64,000 bases of DNA from an uncultured delta proteobacterium (lineage in GTDB: Bacteria > Myxococcota_A > UBA9160 > SZUA-336), in contig CAVPHD010000001.1 in assembly GCA_963704165.1 (NCBI GenBank), positions 1 through 64,000 on the forward strand, written 5' to 3'. Positions 50,275-60,665 of the stretch are shown one piece after another. The notes beneath the pieces are model-generated. The model saw only the letters and a list, made by a program, of their open reading frames with translations. It was not told the DNA's origin and made no database searches. Each line of letters opens with the position of its first letter. Position 1 is the stretch's first letter. The position numbers and the translations under genes are program-made.

Positions 50275-51483
50275 ATGAGGATCGGGAACGGTTGCACCGA
50301 AGTGCGTCGCGAGCGTGTCGTCGTCTTCGACACCACGCTGCGGGACGGTGAGCAGGCGGCAGGCGTCTGTTTCTCGAAGGCCGCGAAGCTCGAGATCGCG
50401 AGTCTGCTCGACGAGATGGGCGTCGATGTGATCGAGGCGGGTTTTCCGGGCTCGTCCGTCGGCGAGCACGAAGCCGTGAGCGCGGTCGCGAACGCCGTGA
50501 AGAGAGCGTGCGTCTGCGGCCTCTCTCGCGCGATCCCCGCGGAGGTCGATCGCACCTGGCTCGCGCTCCGCGGTGCGCGAAGCCCGCGGATCCACGTCTT
50601 CCTGTCGAGCTCGGAGATCCACCTCGCCCATCAGCTGAACCGGGGCGCGGACGAGGTCGTCGAGATGGCGCGCGCGGCGGTCGGGCGGGCGCGGACCTAC
50701 ACCCCGGATGTCGAGTTCAGCTGCATGGACGCGACGCGCTCGGAGCCGGAGCTCGTCGCGCGGCTCGTGCGTGCGGCGATCGGCGCGGGCGCGACGACGA
50801 TCAATCTGCCCGACACCGTCGGGTGTGCACGCCCCGATCAGGTCACCGCGATGTTCCGCGAGCTGCGGCGACGCGTGCCGGAGATCCGCGGCGTCACCCT
50901 GTCGTTTCACGGCCAGGACGACCTGGGCTTGGCGACCGCGAACTCGCTGGCTGCGATCGCGGCCGGCGCGCGTCAGGTGGAGCTGGCCGTGAACGGACTC
51001 GGTGAGCGCGCGGGCAACACGGCGTTCGAAGAGGTGGTGATGGCGCTGCGCGTGCACGGCGAGGAGCTCGGGGTCGAGACCGGGGTGGACTCGCGTGGGA
51101 TCTGGGCGGTCTCGCGGGCGGTCGCGCGTCTCTCCGGCTTCGCCGTGCCAGCGAACAAGGCGATCGTCGGCGGAAACGCCTTCCGACACGCCTCGGGAAT
51201 CCACCAGGACGGCGTGCTCAAGCGCCGCGAGACCTACGAGGCGATCGATCCGGCCGAGATCGGGCATCCCGTGGGGACGGAGATCGTGCTCGGCAAGCTC
51301 TCGGGACGCGCGGGATTCGCTTCGCGCGTGCGCGCGCTGGGCCTCGAGCCGTCGGAAGCCGCGCTCGAGCGCGCGTTCGGACGCTTCCAGGCGTTGGCGG
51401 ACGGCCGCGGCGAAGTCGGCGACGAAGACCTGCGCGCTCTCTGTCGCGAGCCCGAGGCGAGTCCGCGGGCGGCGCTCGCTTGA
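50275..51483 (+). CDS. leuA: 2-isopropylmalate synthase, short form without the C-terminal regulatory domain
   Basis: FDTTLRDGEQ, IEAGFP, EFSCMDATRS, NLPDTVG, NGLGERAGN, PANKAIVG.NAF.HASGIHQDG and LGKLSGR motifs; 402 aa; GAGGAGGT RBS; Leu attenuator upstream. Confidence 0.87.
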   Translation: MRIGNGCTEVRRERVVVFDTTLRDGEQAAGVCFSKAAKLEIASLLDEMGVDVIEAGFPGSSVGEHEAVSAVANAVKRACVCGLSRAIPAEVDRTWLALRGARSPRIHVFLSSSEIHLAHQLNRGADEVVEMARAAVGRARTYTPDVEFSCMDATRSEPELVARLVRAAIGAGATTINLPDTVGCARPDQVTAMFRELRRRVPEIRGVTLSFHGQDDLGLATANSLAAIAAGARQVELAVNGLGERAGNTAFEEVVMALRVHGEELGVETGVDSRGIWAVSRAVARLSGFAVPANKAIVGGNAFRHASGIHQDGVLKRRETYEAIDPAEIGHPVGTEIVLGKLSGRAGFASRVRALGLEPSEAALERAFGRFQALADGRGEVGDEDLRALCREPEASPRAALA

Positions 51484-51514
51484 TCCCGGCGACCGATCCG
51501 CGACCCTGCGCCAG

Positions 51515-52729
51515 ATGGCGATCGAGAGCACCCTGATGCGGCGCGCGGTCGGCTCGGTGCTGCGAAATGCGCGCTACTCGGCGCTGTTCCTGCTCGCCGG
51601 CTCGGAGGCCCTGATCGTGGAGTGGCTGCTGCGCGCCACGAGCGGGAGCGGACTCGGCCTCGCCGCGGGCGCCGCGCTCACTTGCGGGCTCGCGGCGCTG
51701 AACGTCGCGACGCTCGCGCTGCTGCCGCGGCTCGCACGCCGAACCCCGGGCGGACATCGCCTCGGACGGCTCTGGTTGGTCGGTAGCCTCGGCGCGCTGA
51801 TCAGCGGCCCGCCGCTCGCGCTCGGGTTCGCACTCGTCGCGCCGCTCGCGCTCGTGCATCCGCCGATCGCCGAGACGCTGCTTCTCGCGGGCGGTGGCGC
51901 CTCGCTGGCGCTGGGATTCGGGTCGATGTTCTGGGGCTGGCTCGTCGGCCAGCGACGCGTGGAGGTCGAGCGTCTCGACCTGCCTCTGCGAGGGCTGCCC
52001 GACGCCCTCGCAGGACTGCGCATCGCTCAGATCTCCGATCTTCACATCGGTGTGCAGATGCGCGCGCCGCTGCTGCGCCGCCTGCTCGAGCGCGTCAACG
52101 CGCTCGAGCCGGATCTGATCGTGATCACCGGCGACATCTTCGACTTCGATCCGCGCTACATCGAAGAGGGTTGCCGCGAGCTCGCATGCCTCGACGCACC
52201 GCACGGCGTCTTCGCGGTGCTCGGCAATCACGATGCCTACACCGGCGCGGACGCGGTCGCGCGCGGACTCGAGACGTGGACGCGGATCCGGCTGCTCCGC
52301 GACGACTGGGTACGCCTCGAGCTCGATGGTGGAGCGTTCGCGCTGGCGGGAGTCGAGGATCCGGGCCATGGCTGGAACGAACGAGACGCCACGCACGACG
52401 CGATCGAGCGGCTCGCCGCCGAGATCCCCGCCGACCTCGCGCGGGTGCTCTTGATCCATCGCCCGAGCTGGTTCGCGCACGCCGCACGGGCCGGTTTCCC
52501 GCTTGCGCTGGCGGGCCACACCCACGGGGGGCAGATTGCCCTACCTCGTCCGGGACAGCACCACAATGTCTCACGGCTGATCTCGCACTGGACCCGGGGC
52601 CTCTTCCGCGATGCGGCGACGGGATCGATTCTGTATGTAAATCGAGGACTTGGCGTTGCCGGGCCGCCTGTGCGCCTGAACTGCGCCCGAGAGATATCGC
52701 TACACCGGATGATCTCTTCCCGGGTGTAG
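51515..52729 (+). CDS. membrane-anchored calcineurin-like metallophosphoesterase
   Basis: N-terminal TM segments; SDLH, TGDIFD, GNHD, IHRP, GHTHGGQ and RGLG..P.R motifs. Confidence 0.9.
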   Translation: MAIESTLMRRAVGSVLRNARYSALFLLAGSEALIVEWLLRATSGSGLGLAAGAALTCGLAALNVATLALLPRLARRTPGGHRLGRLWLVGSLGALISGPPLALGFALVAPLALVHPPIAETLLLAGGGASLALGFGSMFWGWLVGQRRVEVERLDLPLRGLPDALAGLRIAQISDLHIGVQMRAPLLRRLLERVNALEPDLIVITGDIFDFDPRYIEEGCRELACLDAPHGVFAVLGNHDAYTGADAVARGLETWTRIRLLRDDWVRLELDGGAFALAGVEDPGHGWNERDATHDAIERLAAEIPADLARVLLIHRPSWFAHAARAGFPLALAGHTHGGQIALPRPGQHHNVSRLISHWTRGLFRDAATGSILYVNRGLGVAGPPVRLNCAREISLHRMISSRV

Positions 52730-52794
52730 AGAGAAAGCTCTGGACTCCTGGTGCCATTCGCCCTCAGACTGCCGACCGGGAAGGGAAGCCCACT

Positions 52795-53445
52795 GTGAAG
52801 AATCCCAAGATGCGTCGACTTGTCCGGGCCGTTCTGGGATTCAGCGCCACGCTGGTCTTGGCGGCGACTCCTGCCACGGCGGCGACGCTCGGTTTCGGCT
52901 GCATCTCGAACAGCTCACCCACGAACTGCACGGTCGGGCAGGCTCAGCTCTCCGTCGAGGTGACCGACCCGGGCGGCGGCGAGGTGCTGTTCACGTTCCG
53001 GAACATCGGCCCCGCGGCCTCGTCGATCGCGGACGTCTATTTCGACGACGGCTCGCTGCTCGCGATCGCGCTCGTCATCAACTCTACGGGCGTGAGCTTC
53101 TCGCAGTACGCGTCGCCCGGGAATCTTCCCGCGGCGAACAATGCGTCTCCGCCCTTCGTCACCAGCGCGGGCTTCTCGGCGGACTCCGATCCACCCGTCC
53201 AGCCCAACGGAGTGAATCCGGGCGAGCAGCTCGGCATCCGCTTCACCATCCAGGGCACCCAGACCTTCGCCGACGTCCTCGATGAACTCGCGGACGGCCG
53301 GCTGCGCATCGGACTCCATGTGCAGGGCTATTCCGGCGGTGGAAGCGAGAGCTTCGTGAACGTTCCCCTTCCCGAGCCCGCCTCGTTCGCGCTTCTCGGA
53401 CTCGGTCTCGGCGCTCTCGCGATCGTTCGGCAGCGACGGATCTGA
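52795..53445 (+). CDS. PEP-CTERM sorting domain protein
   Basis: Signal peptide (..PATA), Ser/Thr/Asn-rich beta domain, and C-terminal VPLPEPASFALLGLGLGALAIVRQRRI. Confidence 0.9.
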   Translation: MKNPKMRRLVRAVLGFSATLVLAATPATAATLGFGCISNSSPTNCTVGQAQLSVEVTDPGGGEVLFTFRNIGPAASSIADVYFDDGSLLAIALVINSTGVSFSQYASPGNLPAANNASPPFVTSAGFSADSDPPVQPNGVNPGEQLGIRFTIQGTQTFADVLDELADGRLRIGLHVQGYSGGGSESFVNVPLPEPASFALLGLGLGALAIVRQRRI

Positions 53446-53551
53446 GCCGCACCCCGCATCGGATCGCGCCCACGCCTGCCGATAGGTGAGGTCCACCTTG
53501 GTCCGGCCGACGGCCGCGCGGTAGACTTCGCGCGTCACGCGAGAGGGATGC

Positions 53552-55252
53552 ATGCGGCGACCGATCATCTGGATCCTGTCGATCGCCGTCGCGGCGATGA
53601 TCGGCTCTGCGCTCTGGGCCGCCCGTACGCGCGTGCCCGAGAACTCCGTGCTCGTGCTCGAGCTCGGGGGCGAGCTCGAGGAGGCTCCGCCCCGCGACCT
53701 GCTCGGCAAGTGGCGAGCGACCGGGCCGGCTCTGCCCACGCTCCTGCTCCTGCTCGACATGGCCGCGGCGGACTCGCGCGTGCAGGCCGTGCTCGTACAC
53801 GTGCGCCCGCTCTCGATCGGATACGCGCGCATCCAGGAGCTCCGAGATGCACTGACGCGCGTCCGCTCTGCGGGCAAGCGCGTGATCGCGCTCGTCGACG
53901 AGACCAGCCTGAACGCGACGCGCGAGCTCTACCTGGCGGCGGCCGCGGACCAGATTTTCGTCGAGCCCGCATCCCTCGCACCCCTCGCGGGGATCGCGGG
54001 CCAGTACCTGCACCTGGGCGGCTTCTTCGAGAAGATCGGCGTCGAATGGCAGGTCGCGCGGGTCGGCGAGTACAAGTCGGCCGTCGAGCAGTTCGCAGCG
54101 AGAGAGATGAGTCCGAAGGCGCGGGAGATGACCGACGCGCTGCTCGACGGGATCTTCGCCCAGATCGTCGAGGGAATCGCGGCCGGGCGCGGACTCGACG
54201 CCGCGCGCGTGCGGACGCTGATCGATGCCACGCCGGGAACTCCGGGCGAGCTCGTCGAGGCGAAGCTCGCGGACGGCATCGCCGCACGCAACGACGTGCT
54301 GGAGAAGGCGGGACTCTCCGGCGCGAACGAGCTCGAATCGAAGACCTACCTGCGCGTCGATGCCAGCTCGCTCGGTTTGCGAAGCGGCCCGACGATCGCG
54401 CTCGTCTTCGGCGAAGGCACGATCGTCGAGGAGCGCAGCGACGGCTTCCGGAGGGTCTTCGCCGCGGACGAGACGGTGAAATCGCTCGACGAAGCTGCGA
54501 AGGACGACGAGGTGCGCGCGGTCGTGCTGCGGATCAACTCACCGGGCGGAGGCGCGCAGCCTTCCGACAAGGTCTGGCGCGCCGTCTCGCGCGTGCGCGC
54601 CGTGAAGCCGATCGTCGTCTCGATGGCGGACTACGCGGCTTCGGGCGGGTACTACATCGCGAGTGGAGCGACCGCGATCGTCGCCCAACCCGCGACGCTG
54701 ACCGGTTCGATCGGGGTCTTTCTGCTGCGCCCGTCGTTCGCGGGTCTGTATGCGAAGCTCGAGATCGGAACGGAGCAGATCGAGCGCGGATCGTACGCGG
54801 GTGTGATGGGCAGCGACCGCCCCTTCACGCCCGAACAACAGGCTCGAACCCAGAGCTTCATCGAAGCGAGCTACCGGGATTTCCTCGGCCGCGTCTCGAC
54901 GGGCCGTGGGATCTCGACCGATGCGGTCGACGCGCTCGGCCAGGGGCGTGTCTGGCTCGGGAGCGACGCCTTCGCGCGAAAGCTCGTCGACGAGGTCGGC
55001 GGCCTGCGGGCCGCCGTCGAGCGCGCGCGCAAGGAGGCCGGGATCGAGCACGAGCCCGATCCCGAGCGAAGGATCCTGCCAGCGCCGCGCACGTCCGCGG
55101 AGCAGTTCCGCGAGCTGATCCGCGGGGACGCCCGGGATCACCTGCTCCGCGCGCTGATCCCCGCCGATCTCCCGTTTGCGCTCGCTCTGGACTGGTTGCC
55201 GCTCGACGGCGCACTCGCGTACCTGCCACCGTACTGGATCGAGATCCGCTGA
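53552..55252 (+). CDS. sppA: signal peptide peptidase SppA (long form)
   Basis: N-terminal anchor; VGEYKSAVE (Lys), RINSPGG, AASGGYYI (Ser), TGSIGV and QGRVWLG motifs. Confidence 0.93.
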   Translation: MRRPIIWILSIAVAAMIGSALWAARTRVPENSVLVLELGGELEEAPPRDLLGKWRATGPALPTLLLLLDMAAADSRVQAVLVHVRPLSIGYARIQELRDALTRVRSAGKRVIALVDETSLNATRELYLAAAADQIFVEPASLAPLAGIAGQYLHLGGFFEKIGVEWQVARVGEYKSAVEQFAAREMSPKAREMTDALLDGIFAQIVEGIAAGRGLDAARVRTLIDATPGTPGELVEAKLADGIAARNDVLEKAGLSGANELESKTYLRVDASSLGLRSGPTIALVFGEGTIVEERSDGFRRVFAADETVKSLDEAAKDDEVRAVVLRINSPGGGAQPSDKVWRAVSRVRAVKPIVVSMADYAASGGYYIASGATAIVAQPATLTGSIGVFLLRPSFAGLYAKLEIGTEQIERGSYAGVMGSDRPFTPEQQARTQSFIEASYRDFLGRVSTGRGISTDAVDALGQGRVWLGSDAFARKLVDEVGGLRAAVERARKEAGIEHEPDPERRILPAPRTSAEQFRELIRGDARDHLLRALIPADLPFALALDWLPLDGALAYLPPYWIEIR

Positions 55253-55256
55253 CGCC

Positions 55257-56843
55257 TCAGCGCTCGGCGCCCGCCGCGTCCTTCGAGCTGATGTGAGGGA
55301 GCGTGCCGGGGAGCAGACCCCGATTCCTCGCGATCACGACGGGCGTGTCGGGCTTTCTCGGGTCGTAGAGCAGGAGATCGTCGAGGCCGTCGCCGTTCCA
55401 GTCGCCGCCGCGCACACGGCCGGTCGTCGGAAGCGCCTGTCGGCCGGCCAGACTCGACGAGAGGCCCTCGGGTCCACCGAGCCAGACCTCGACGCGATCA
55501 CCGCCGCCGGGCGTGAGCAGATCGTCGTATCCGTCACCATTCAGGTCGAAGGCGCCATTCGGAACGAAACCCTTCGGACGACCGGTCTCGAAGCTGATCG
55601 AGACCTCGAGCTTGCGCTCGAACCACGGCTCCTTCGCGAAGGCCCCCGTCTCATCGGCCCGGTAGACGCTGATCTGCGCATCGATCGAACGCGTGACGAG
55701 CGCCTCGACCAGCTCGAGGACGCTGAACGGGATCGCGACGTGCAGGAGCTCCGGCCGTCCGTCCCGGTCGATGTCCACGAGCTGATCCGCTCCCCAGCCG
55801 GCACCGCCGTCGGCAAGGAAATCCGGCGTCGAGAGATCCCAGCCCCCGTCGCGGTTCAGATAGATCCGCGTCTCCGACTTCGCATCGGTGAGCCCCCCCT
55901 CCATGTGGGAGATCATCAGGTCGAGCCTGCCATCCCCCGAGATGTCGCGCGCGTCGCCGCGCACCGCGCCGGAGCCGCGGATGTGATCGCGTTCCGAGAT
56001 GAAGGCAAGCTTGTACTCGCGATCCGCGCCGCGGAGGAAGCTCCCGTCCTCTCGCTGCAAGAAGACCCGGATCCGATGGCGGCCGAGACTGACCACGTCG
56101 GCCTTGCCGTCCCCGTTCACGTCACCGACGGCGATCCGCGGTACGTCGAGCAGAAGCTGGATGTCGCTGTCGACGAGCAACGGACCGGGTCTCGGCGGAA
56201 GAAAATAGTTCGCGCGCGCACCCGCATCGAGCAACGCGCGCACGTCCCCGCTCGGCGAGAGGAAGATCGTCTGCGCGAGCATCGGCACGAGGAGGTACGG
56301 CTCGTCACCGAATTCGGTGTAGATCATGTGCAGCCGGTCGAGACCGCGTTCGTCCTCGCCGGGCACCAACGTCGAACCGTCGACGACGAGATCGCGGCTC
56401 GGCAGGTCGGAATTCGCGAACGACAGGATCGTGAGGCCGTTCGGGCGCAGGAGCACGAGTTCCTGCCCCGGCAGCTCCGTCACGTCTCCGACGTCGTAGG
56501 CCGCGCTGTGCTCGGGAACCGGCACCTCGTATTCTGGACGCGTCGAAATCGTCCCGTCCTCGGCCTGGACCCAGAGCCGAATGCTGCGGCTCTCGTTCGG
56601 CGGAACGCCGACGAATACGATCTGCAGCAGGTCCGTGCGGCCGTCTCCGTCGAAATCGCCGAGCTCGGCGGCGACGGTGCGCCCGTCGCCCGGATCGAGC
56701 TGCTGCAACTCGAAGATATCGTCCGGCGGAGCGGCGCGAGCGCTCGCCGATCCGAGGGACTGGAGCATGAGCAGCGCGAGGAGGATGCGCACCACCACGT
56801 TCGCATCGTAGCGCAGGCCGAAAGCGGCCGAAGACCATTTCAC
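55257..56843 (-). CDS. secreted FG-GAP/VCBS repeat protein (start may be near 56797)
   Basis: Signal peptide; repeats GDFDGDGRTDL, GDVNGDGKADV, DISGDGRLDL, DIDRDGRPEL, DLNGDGYDDL and GDWNGDGLDDL. Confidence 0.85.
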   Translation of the reverse strand: MKWSSAAFGLRYDANVVVRILLALLMLQSLGSASARAAPPDDIFELQQLDPGDGRTVAAELGDFDGDGRTDLLQIVFVGVPPNESRSIRLWVQAEDGTISTRPEYEVPVPEHSAAYDVGDVTELPGQELVLLRPNGLTILSFANSDLPSRDLVVDGSTLVPGEDERGLDRLHMIYTEFGDEPYLLVPMLAQTIFLSPSGDVRALLDAGARANYFLPPRPGPLLVDSDIQLLLDVPRIAVGDVNGDGKADVVSLGRHRIRVFLQREDGSFLRGADREYKLAFISERDHIRGSGAVRGDARDISGDGRLDLMISHMEGGLTDAKSETRIYLNRDGGWDLSTPDFLADGGAGWGADQLVDIDRDGRPELLHVAIPFSVLELVEALVTRSIDAQISVYRADETGAFAKEPWFERKLEVSISFETGRPKGFVPNGAFDLNGDGYDDLLTPGGGDRVEVWLGGPEGLSSSLAGRQALPTTGRVRGGDWNGDGLDDLLLYDPRKPDTPVVIARNRGLLPGTLPHISSKDAAGAER

Positions 56844-58435
56844 AGACGCGGTGCCGCGCCGACTTCTTCCAGGCGTTGTCGCACCTTCCCGCGCCGCGCG
56901 AGCAACTCGCGGTGGGTCAGCGACTCGACCTCGGCCGAGAATCCGAGCGACGCCTTCATGCCGGTGAGGTCGAGGCCGAGTCGTCCGGGATCGAAGCCGA
57001 GCTCGCTCGCGATCCGTTCGCCGTGCTGGCTCGCGAAGTGGGTCCAGATCCGCGTGACCTCGGCGAACAGATCGAGGTCGGGCGCGAGCTGCGCGATCGC
57101 ACCGTCGAGGAAGATCATGTTCTTCACGTAGAGCATCAGGTGCTTGGGCAGGCGCGCACCGTGCGCGAGCAGGCCCTTCAGCACGCCCTGGATCTCGGCG
57201 ACCAGCTCCTCGCCCGACATCGCGACCGGATCGCGAGGCGCCTGATCGAGCTTCAGGATCCCGATCAGCGCGGGCAGATCGGCGTCGTCGGGAAGCGCGC
57301 CGAGATCCCGAAACGCCTCGAGCTGTCCGCGCACGTCGTTCGCCGCACCCGTCACCATCATGCGCAGGAACGCCAGACGCTGCTTCTCGTCCATGCGGCC
57401 GGTCATTCCGAAGTCGAGCAGCGCCACGCGGCCGTCGCGCATCACGAACAGGTTCCCGCCGTGCAGGTCCCCGTGGAAGACGCCGTAGATCATCGCGCCC
57501 TCGAGGAACGAGATCATCAGCGCGCGCAGCACCGCGGCGGTGTCGATTCCGGCTGCGCGCATCGCGGGCGCCTCTTCGATTCCGAAGCCCTCGAGGCGCT
57601 CCATCACCAGCACGCGCCTCGTCACGAGCCCGGGGTGCGGGCGCGGCACGATCACGACGGACGATCCGGCATCGCGAAGCACGCGCGCGATGTCGAGCAT
57701 GTTCTCGGCCTCGAGCCGGAAGTCGAGCTCTTCGGAGATCGTCTCGGCGAAGAGTTCGACGAGCGCCGGCGGATTCGCGAGCGCGGCGACGGGAATCCGG
57801 CCGACCAGATACGGCGCGATCCAGGCCATCGCGCGGATGTCCGAGGCGACCAGCCGCTCGACCGACGAGCGCTGCACCTTCACGACGACACTCTCGCCGG
57901 AGCGAAGGCGTGCGGCGTGCACCTGGGCGATCGAGGCCGAGGCGAGACAGCTCGAGTCGAAGCTCTCGAAGACCTCGCCGAGCGGTCGGCCGAGCTCCGC
58001 TTCGACCACGCGGCGAACCTCGTCGAAAGGCTCGGGCGGCACCTTGTCGCGCAGCGAGCGGAACTCCGCGACGAGCTCCTCGGGAAAGAGCCCGCGACCC
58101 GACGAGACGATCTGCCCGAGCTTGATGTACGCGGGGCCGAGGGTTTCGAAGGCGAGCCGGAGCCGCCGCGAGAGACCGGCGCGAGAGATCGCGGACCCCC
58201 GGCCGCGTTCTCGCAGTGCCCAGAGCGCGAGCGCGCTACCGATGCGAAATCCCGCACCCGCGAAGCGCGCGAGCGGTGGAACGCGACGCCGCCGCACCAG
58301 CCCCGGAAGGCGCGCGAGCGTCTCGGCGCGAATGCGCCCGATGCCGCTTCGCCACGACATCTGCTCGGGCTCGACCCTCCACGGGTGCGCGTCGGAGAAG
58401 GAGCCCGGCTCGGGGGGTGGATCGATGGGGTTCAC
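56840..58435 (-). CDS. AarF/ABC1/UbiB family kinase
   Basis: LGPAYIKLGQ, ASASIAQVH.A.L, VVVKVQR, EELDF..EA, VLVME, FHGDLHGGN and LLDFGM motifs. Confidence 0.93.
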   Translation of the reverse strand: MNPIDPPPEPGSFSDAHPWRVEPEQMSWRSGIGRIRAETLARLPGLVRRRRVPPLARFAGAGFRIGSALALWALRERGRGSAISRAGLSRRLRLAFETLGPAYIKLGQIVSSGRGLFPEELVAEFRSLRDKVPPEPFDEVRRVVEAELGRPLGEVFESFDSSCLASASIAQVHAARLRSGESVVVKVQRSSVERLVASDIRAMAWIAPYLVGRIPVAALANPPALVELFAETISEELDFRLEAENMLDIARVLRDAGSSVVIVPRPHPGLVTRRVLVMERLEGFGIEEAPAMRAAGIDTAAVLRALMISFLEGAMIYGVFHGDLHGGNLFVMRDGRVALLDFGMTGRMDEKQRLAFLRMMVTGAANDVRGQLEAFRDLGALPDDADLPALIGILKLDQAPRDPVAMSGEELVAEIQGVLKGLLAHGARLPKHLMLYVKNMIFLDGAIAQLAPDLDLFAEVTRIWTHFASQHGERIASELGFDPGRLGLDLTGMKASLGFSAEVESLTHRELLARRGKVRQRLEEVGAAPRL

Positions 58436-58520
58436 CAGCACAGAACCTATCCCGATCGCGATTCCGGTCCAAATGACGTGTCGGGTATGCTTCGGAGCCG
58501 GACCCTGTAGGAGACCGCAC

Positions 58521-58940
58521 ATGAAGTTCGAGAACGAATTCGTGGTGCGCCGACCGCTCCAGGCTTGCACGAGCGTGCTCGAGAGCGACGCGACGATCAC
58601 CGCGCTGTTTCCGGAAACGGAGATCGTCTCGAATGCGGGCGGCGTCCGAGAGACGCGCACACGCGTATCCGCACTCGGAACCGAAGCGATCGTGCGATTC
58701 AAGTTCAAGAGCCGGCCCGACGGGGGGATGCGCTTCGAGAAGATCTGCGACGGCAAGATCTGGCGCGCGCTCGAAGGCAACATCTCGCTCGCCGCGGTCA
58801 ATGCCGAGACGACGCGCGTCGTCATCACGATGGACGGCAGCACGCGCGCGCTCGTGCCGGAGTTCACGATCAAGGCGCCGATGAAGGACCAGCTGCAGCA
58901 GATGACACGCGCGCTCCGCTCCCGGATGGAGCAGGCGTAG
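58521..58940 (+). CDS. SRPBCC/CoxG-like hypothetical protein
   Basis: 139 aa with AGGAG RBS. The MKFENEFVV start, beta-rich core and C-terminal helix fit SRPBCC topology. Confidence 0.6.
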   Translation: MKFENEFVVRRPLQACTSVLESDATITALFPETEIVSNAGGVRETRTRVSALGTEAIVRFKFKSRPDGGMRFEKICDGKIWRALEGNISLAAVNAETTRVVITMDGSTRALVPEFTIKAPMKDQLQQMTRALRSRMEQA

Positions 58941-58942
58941 CC

Positions 58943-59767
58943 GTGCCCTACGTCGAGTCGAGCGACGGTGCGAAGATCTTCTGGCACGCGCAGGGCTCGG
59001 GCCCGCCGCTGCTGCTCTCGAACGCCTCGTTCTCGACGCATCTGCACTGGGCCGGGCAGATCGAGGCGCTGTCCCGGTTCGCGCGCGTCGTGACGTGGGA
59101 CTACCGCGGTCACGGTCTCTCCGACGCCCCGGAGCCGCTCGAGCGCTACTCGCTCGCGCAGGTCGTCGAGGATCTCCGGCGGGTGCACGACGCGGCCGCG
59201 GACGGCGTGCCCGCGTTCGTCGCGGGGCTCTCGGTCGGGGGAATCATCTCGCTCTCGTACGCGCGCGCGCAAAGCGACCGGGTGAAGGCGCTCCTGCTCT
59301 TCAATACGGGGCCCGGCTTCAAGAACCCCGAGGCGCTCGCCCAGTGGCAGGCGATGCTCGAGCGCGCGGCCGAGAAGATGGGCGAGGTCGGGCTCGAGAA
59401 ATACCTGGAGGGATCGCGTGCCCAGGCCGAGCTGCTGGGCCTCGATCCCGGCACCGCGCACGCCGCGGAGGCGCGGCGGGGGATCCTGCGCGCGGCCGTC
59501 CCCGGTCTGCAGCGATTCGCCCGGGGCGTCGCCGGGCCGGTGCCGAACCTGGTCGATGTCCTGCACGAGATCGACGTGCCCGCGCTCGTCCTGGTCGGCG
59601 AGCACGACGCGAACTTCCAGCGCGCCTCCCACGTGATGGCCGCGAAGCTCCCTCGCTCGGTGCGGGTCGAGCTTCCCGGTGCCGGGCACGTCTTGAACCT
59701 CGATCAGCCAGAGGCCTTCGTGCGAGAGGTCGAGCGCTTCATGTTCTCGACCTGTCCGACCCTTTGA
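58943..59767 (+). CDS. alpha/beta fold hydrolase
   Basis: WDYRGHG.S, nucleophile GLSVGG, VLVGEHD and GAGH..N.DQPE motifs. Confidence 0.9.
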   Translation: MPYVESSDGAKIFWHAQGSGPPLLLSNASFSTHLHWAGQIEALSRFARVVTWDYRGHGLSDAPEPLERYSLAQVVEDLRRVHDAAADGVPAFVAGLSVGGIISLSYARAQSDRVKALLLFNTGPGFKNPEALAQWQAMLERAAEKMGEVGLEKYLEGSRAQAELLGLDPGTAHAAEARRGILRAAVPGLQRFARGVAGPVPNLVDVLHEIDVPALVLVGEHDANFQRASHVMAAKLPRSVRVELPGAGHVLNLDQPEAFVREVERFMFSTCPTL

Positions 59768-59821
59768 CCCTTCGCCCGCGCCTGTGGTCTACTTGGCCCG
59801 CCTTTCACCTAGGAGAAGCCC

Positions 59822-60028
59822 GTGGAGTTCATCTTCCTGGTCATGCTCGGCATGATCGTCGGCTCGATCGTGATCGAGAAGATCCTCCCTCAGGGGACCA
59901 AGGACCGGCTCGGCGCGATGATCTGCTGGGGAATGATGGCGATCACGATGACGGTCCTGGGGCTTTCCACGGTCGGCCTGCTGATCGCCACGTGGATCCA
60001 GTTCATCCAGCCCGCGATTTCGGGCTGA
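59822..60028 (+). CDS. small hypothetical membrane protein (68 aa, two hydrophobic segments)
   Basis: AGGAG RBS then GTG; GC3-biased codons; fills the gap between the hydrolase and sigma genes. Confidence 0.65.
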   Translation: MEFIFLVMLGMIVGSIVIEKILPQGTKDRLGAMICWGMMAITMTVLGLSTVGLLIATWIQFIQPAISG

Positions 60029-60109
60029 TCGCGCGGAGCTGGTCGCGCAACTCGAGCGAGTTCGGCCGGTTTCACCGCTCGAAGGACGCTCGGGGGTGTG
60101 CGGCGGCGG

Positions 60110-60665
60110 ATGGTCGACGATGACGCCCGGCTCATGCTGGCCTTTCGGGACGGCGACCGGCGCGCGTTCGAGGCTCTCTTCACGCGTTACACCCCGCGAG
60201 TTCTGACCTTCCTCACGAGGATGGTGCGGGATCGCGCCCGCGCCGAGGAGCTCACGCAGGACGTGTTCGTGCGCATCTACAACGCCGCGAGTCGCTACGA
60301 GGCAAATGCACGCTTCTCGACCTGGATCTTCGGGATCGCGCGCAACCTGGCTCTGAACGAACTGGCCCGAGCCCACCGCCGCTACGAGAAGCCCGCCACC
60401 GAGCTCGATCTGCTCCGCTCGGCCGACCCCGCGCCCGGCGCGGATGTGCAGCTCGAGGGCGAGCGCGCGCGCCAAGGAGTCGAGCGGGCGCTCGCGAAGC
60501 TGCCGGAGCGTCAGCGTGCGGCCCTGCTGCTTGCGCAGCGAGCAGGGGCTCGACTACGCCGAGATCGCATCGGCGCTGGAAACGACCGTCGCGAGCGTGA
60601 AGAGCCTGATCCATCGCGCCCGGGAAACCCTGCTCGCGGAGCTGGGCGACGAGGACGCGCGATGA
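60110..60665 (+). CDS. ECF RNA polymerase sigma-70 factor (frameshift near 60535)
   Basis: Region 2 GDRRAFEALF, AEELTQDVF and FSTWIFGIARN; region 4 LPERQRAAL, YAEIA..L and VKSLIHRARETL. Confidence 0.9.

Noticed and set aside
52735..52790. Sigma-54 (-24/-12) promoter upstream of the PEP-CTERM gene
   Set aside because: The best candidate has GG-N9-GC rather than the required GG-N10-GC.
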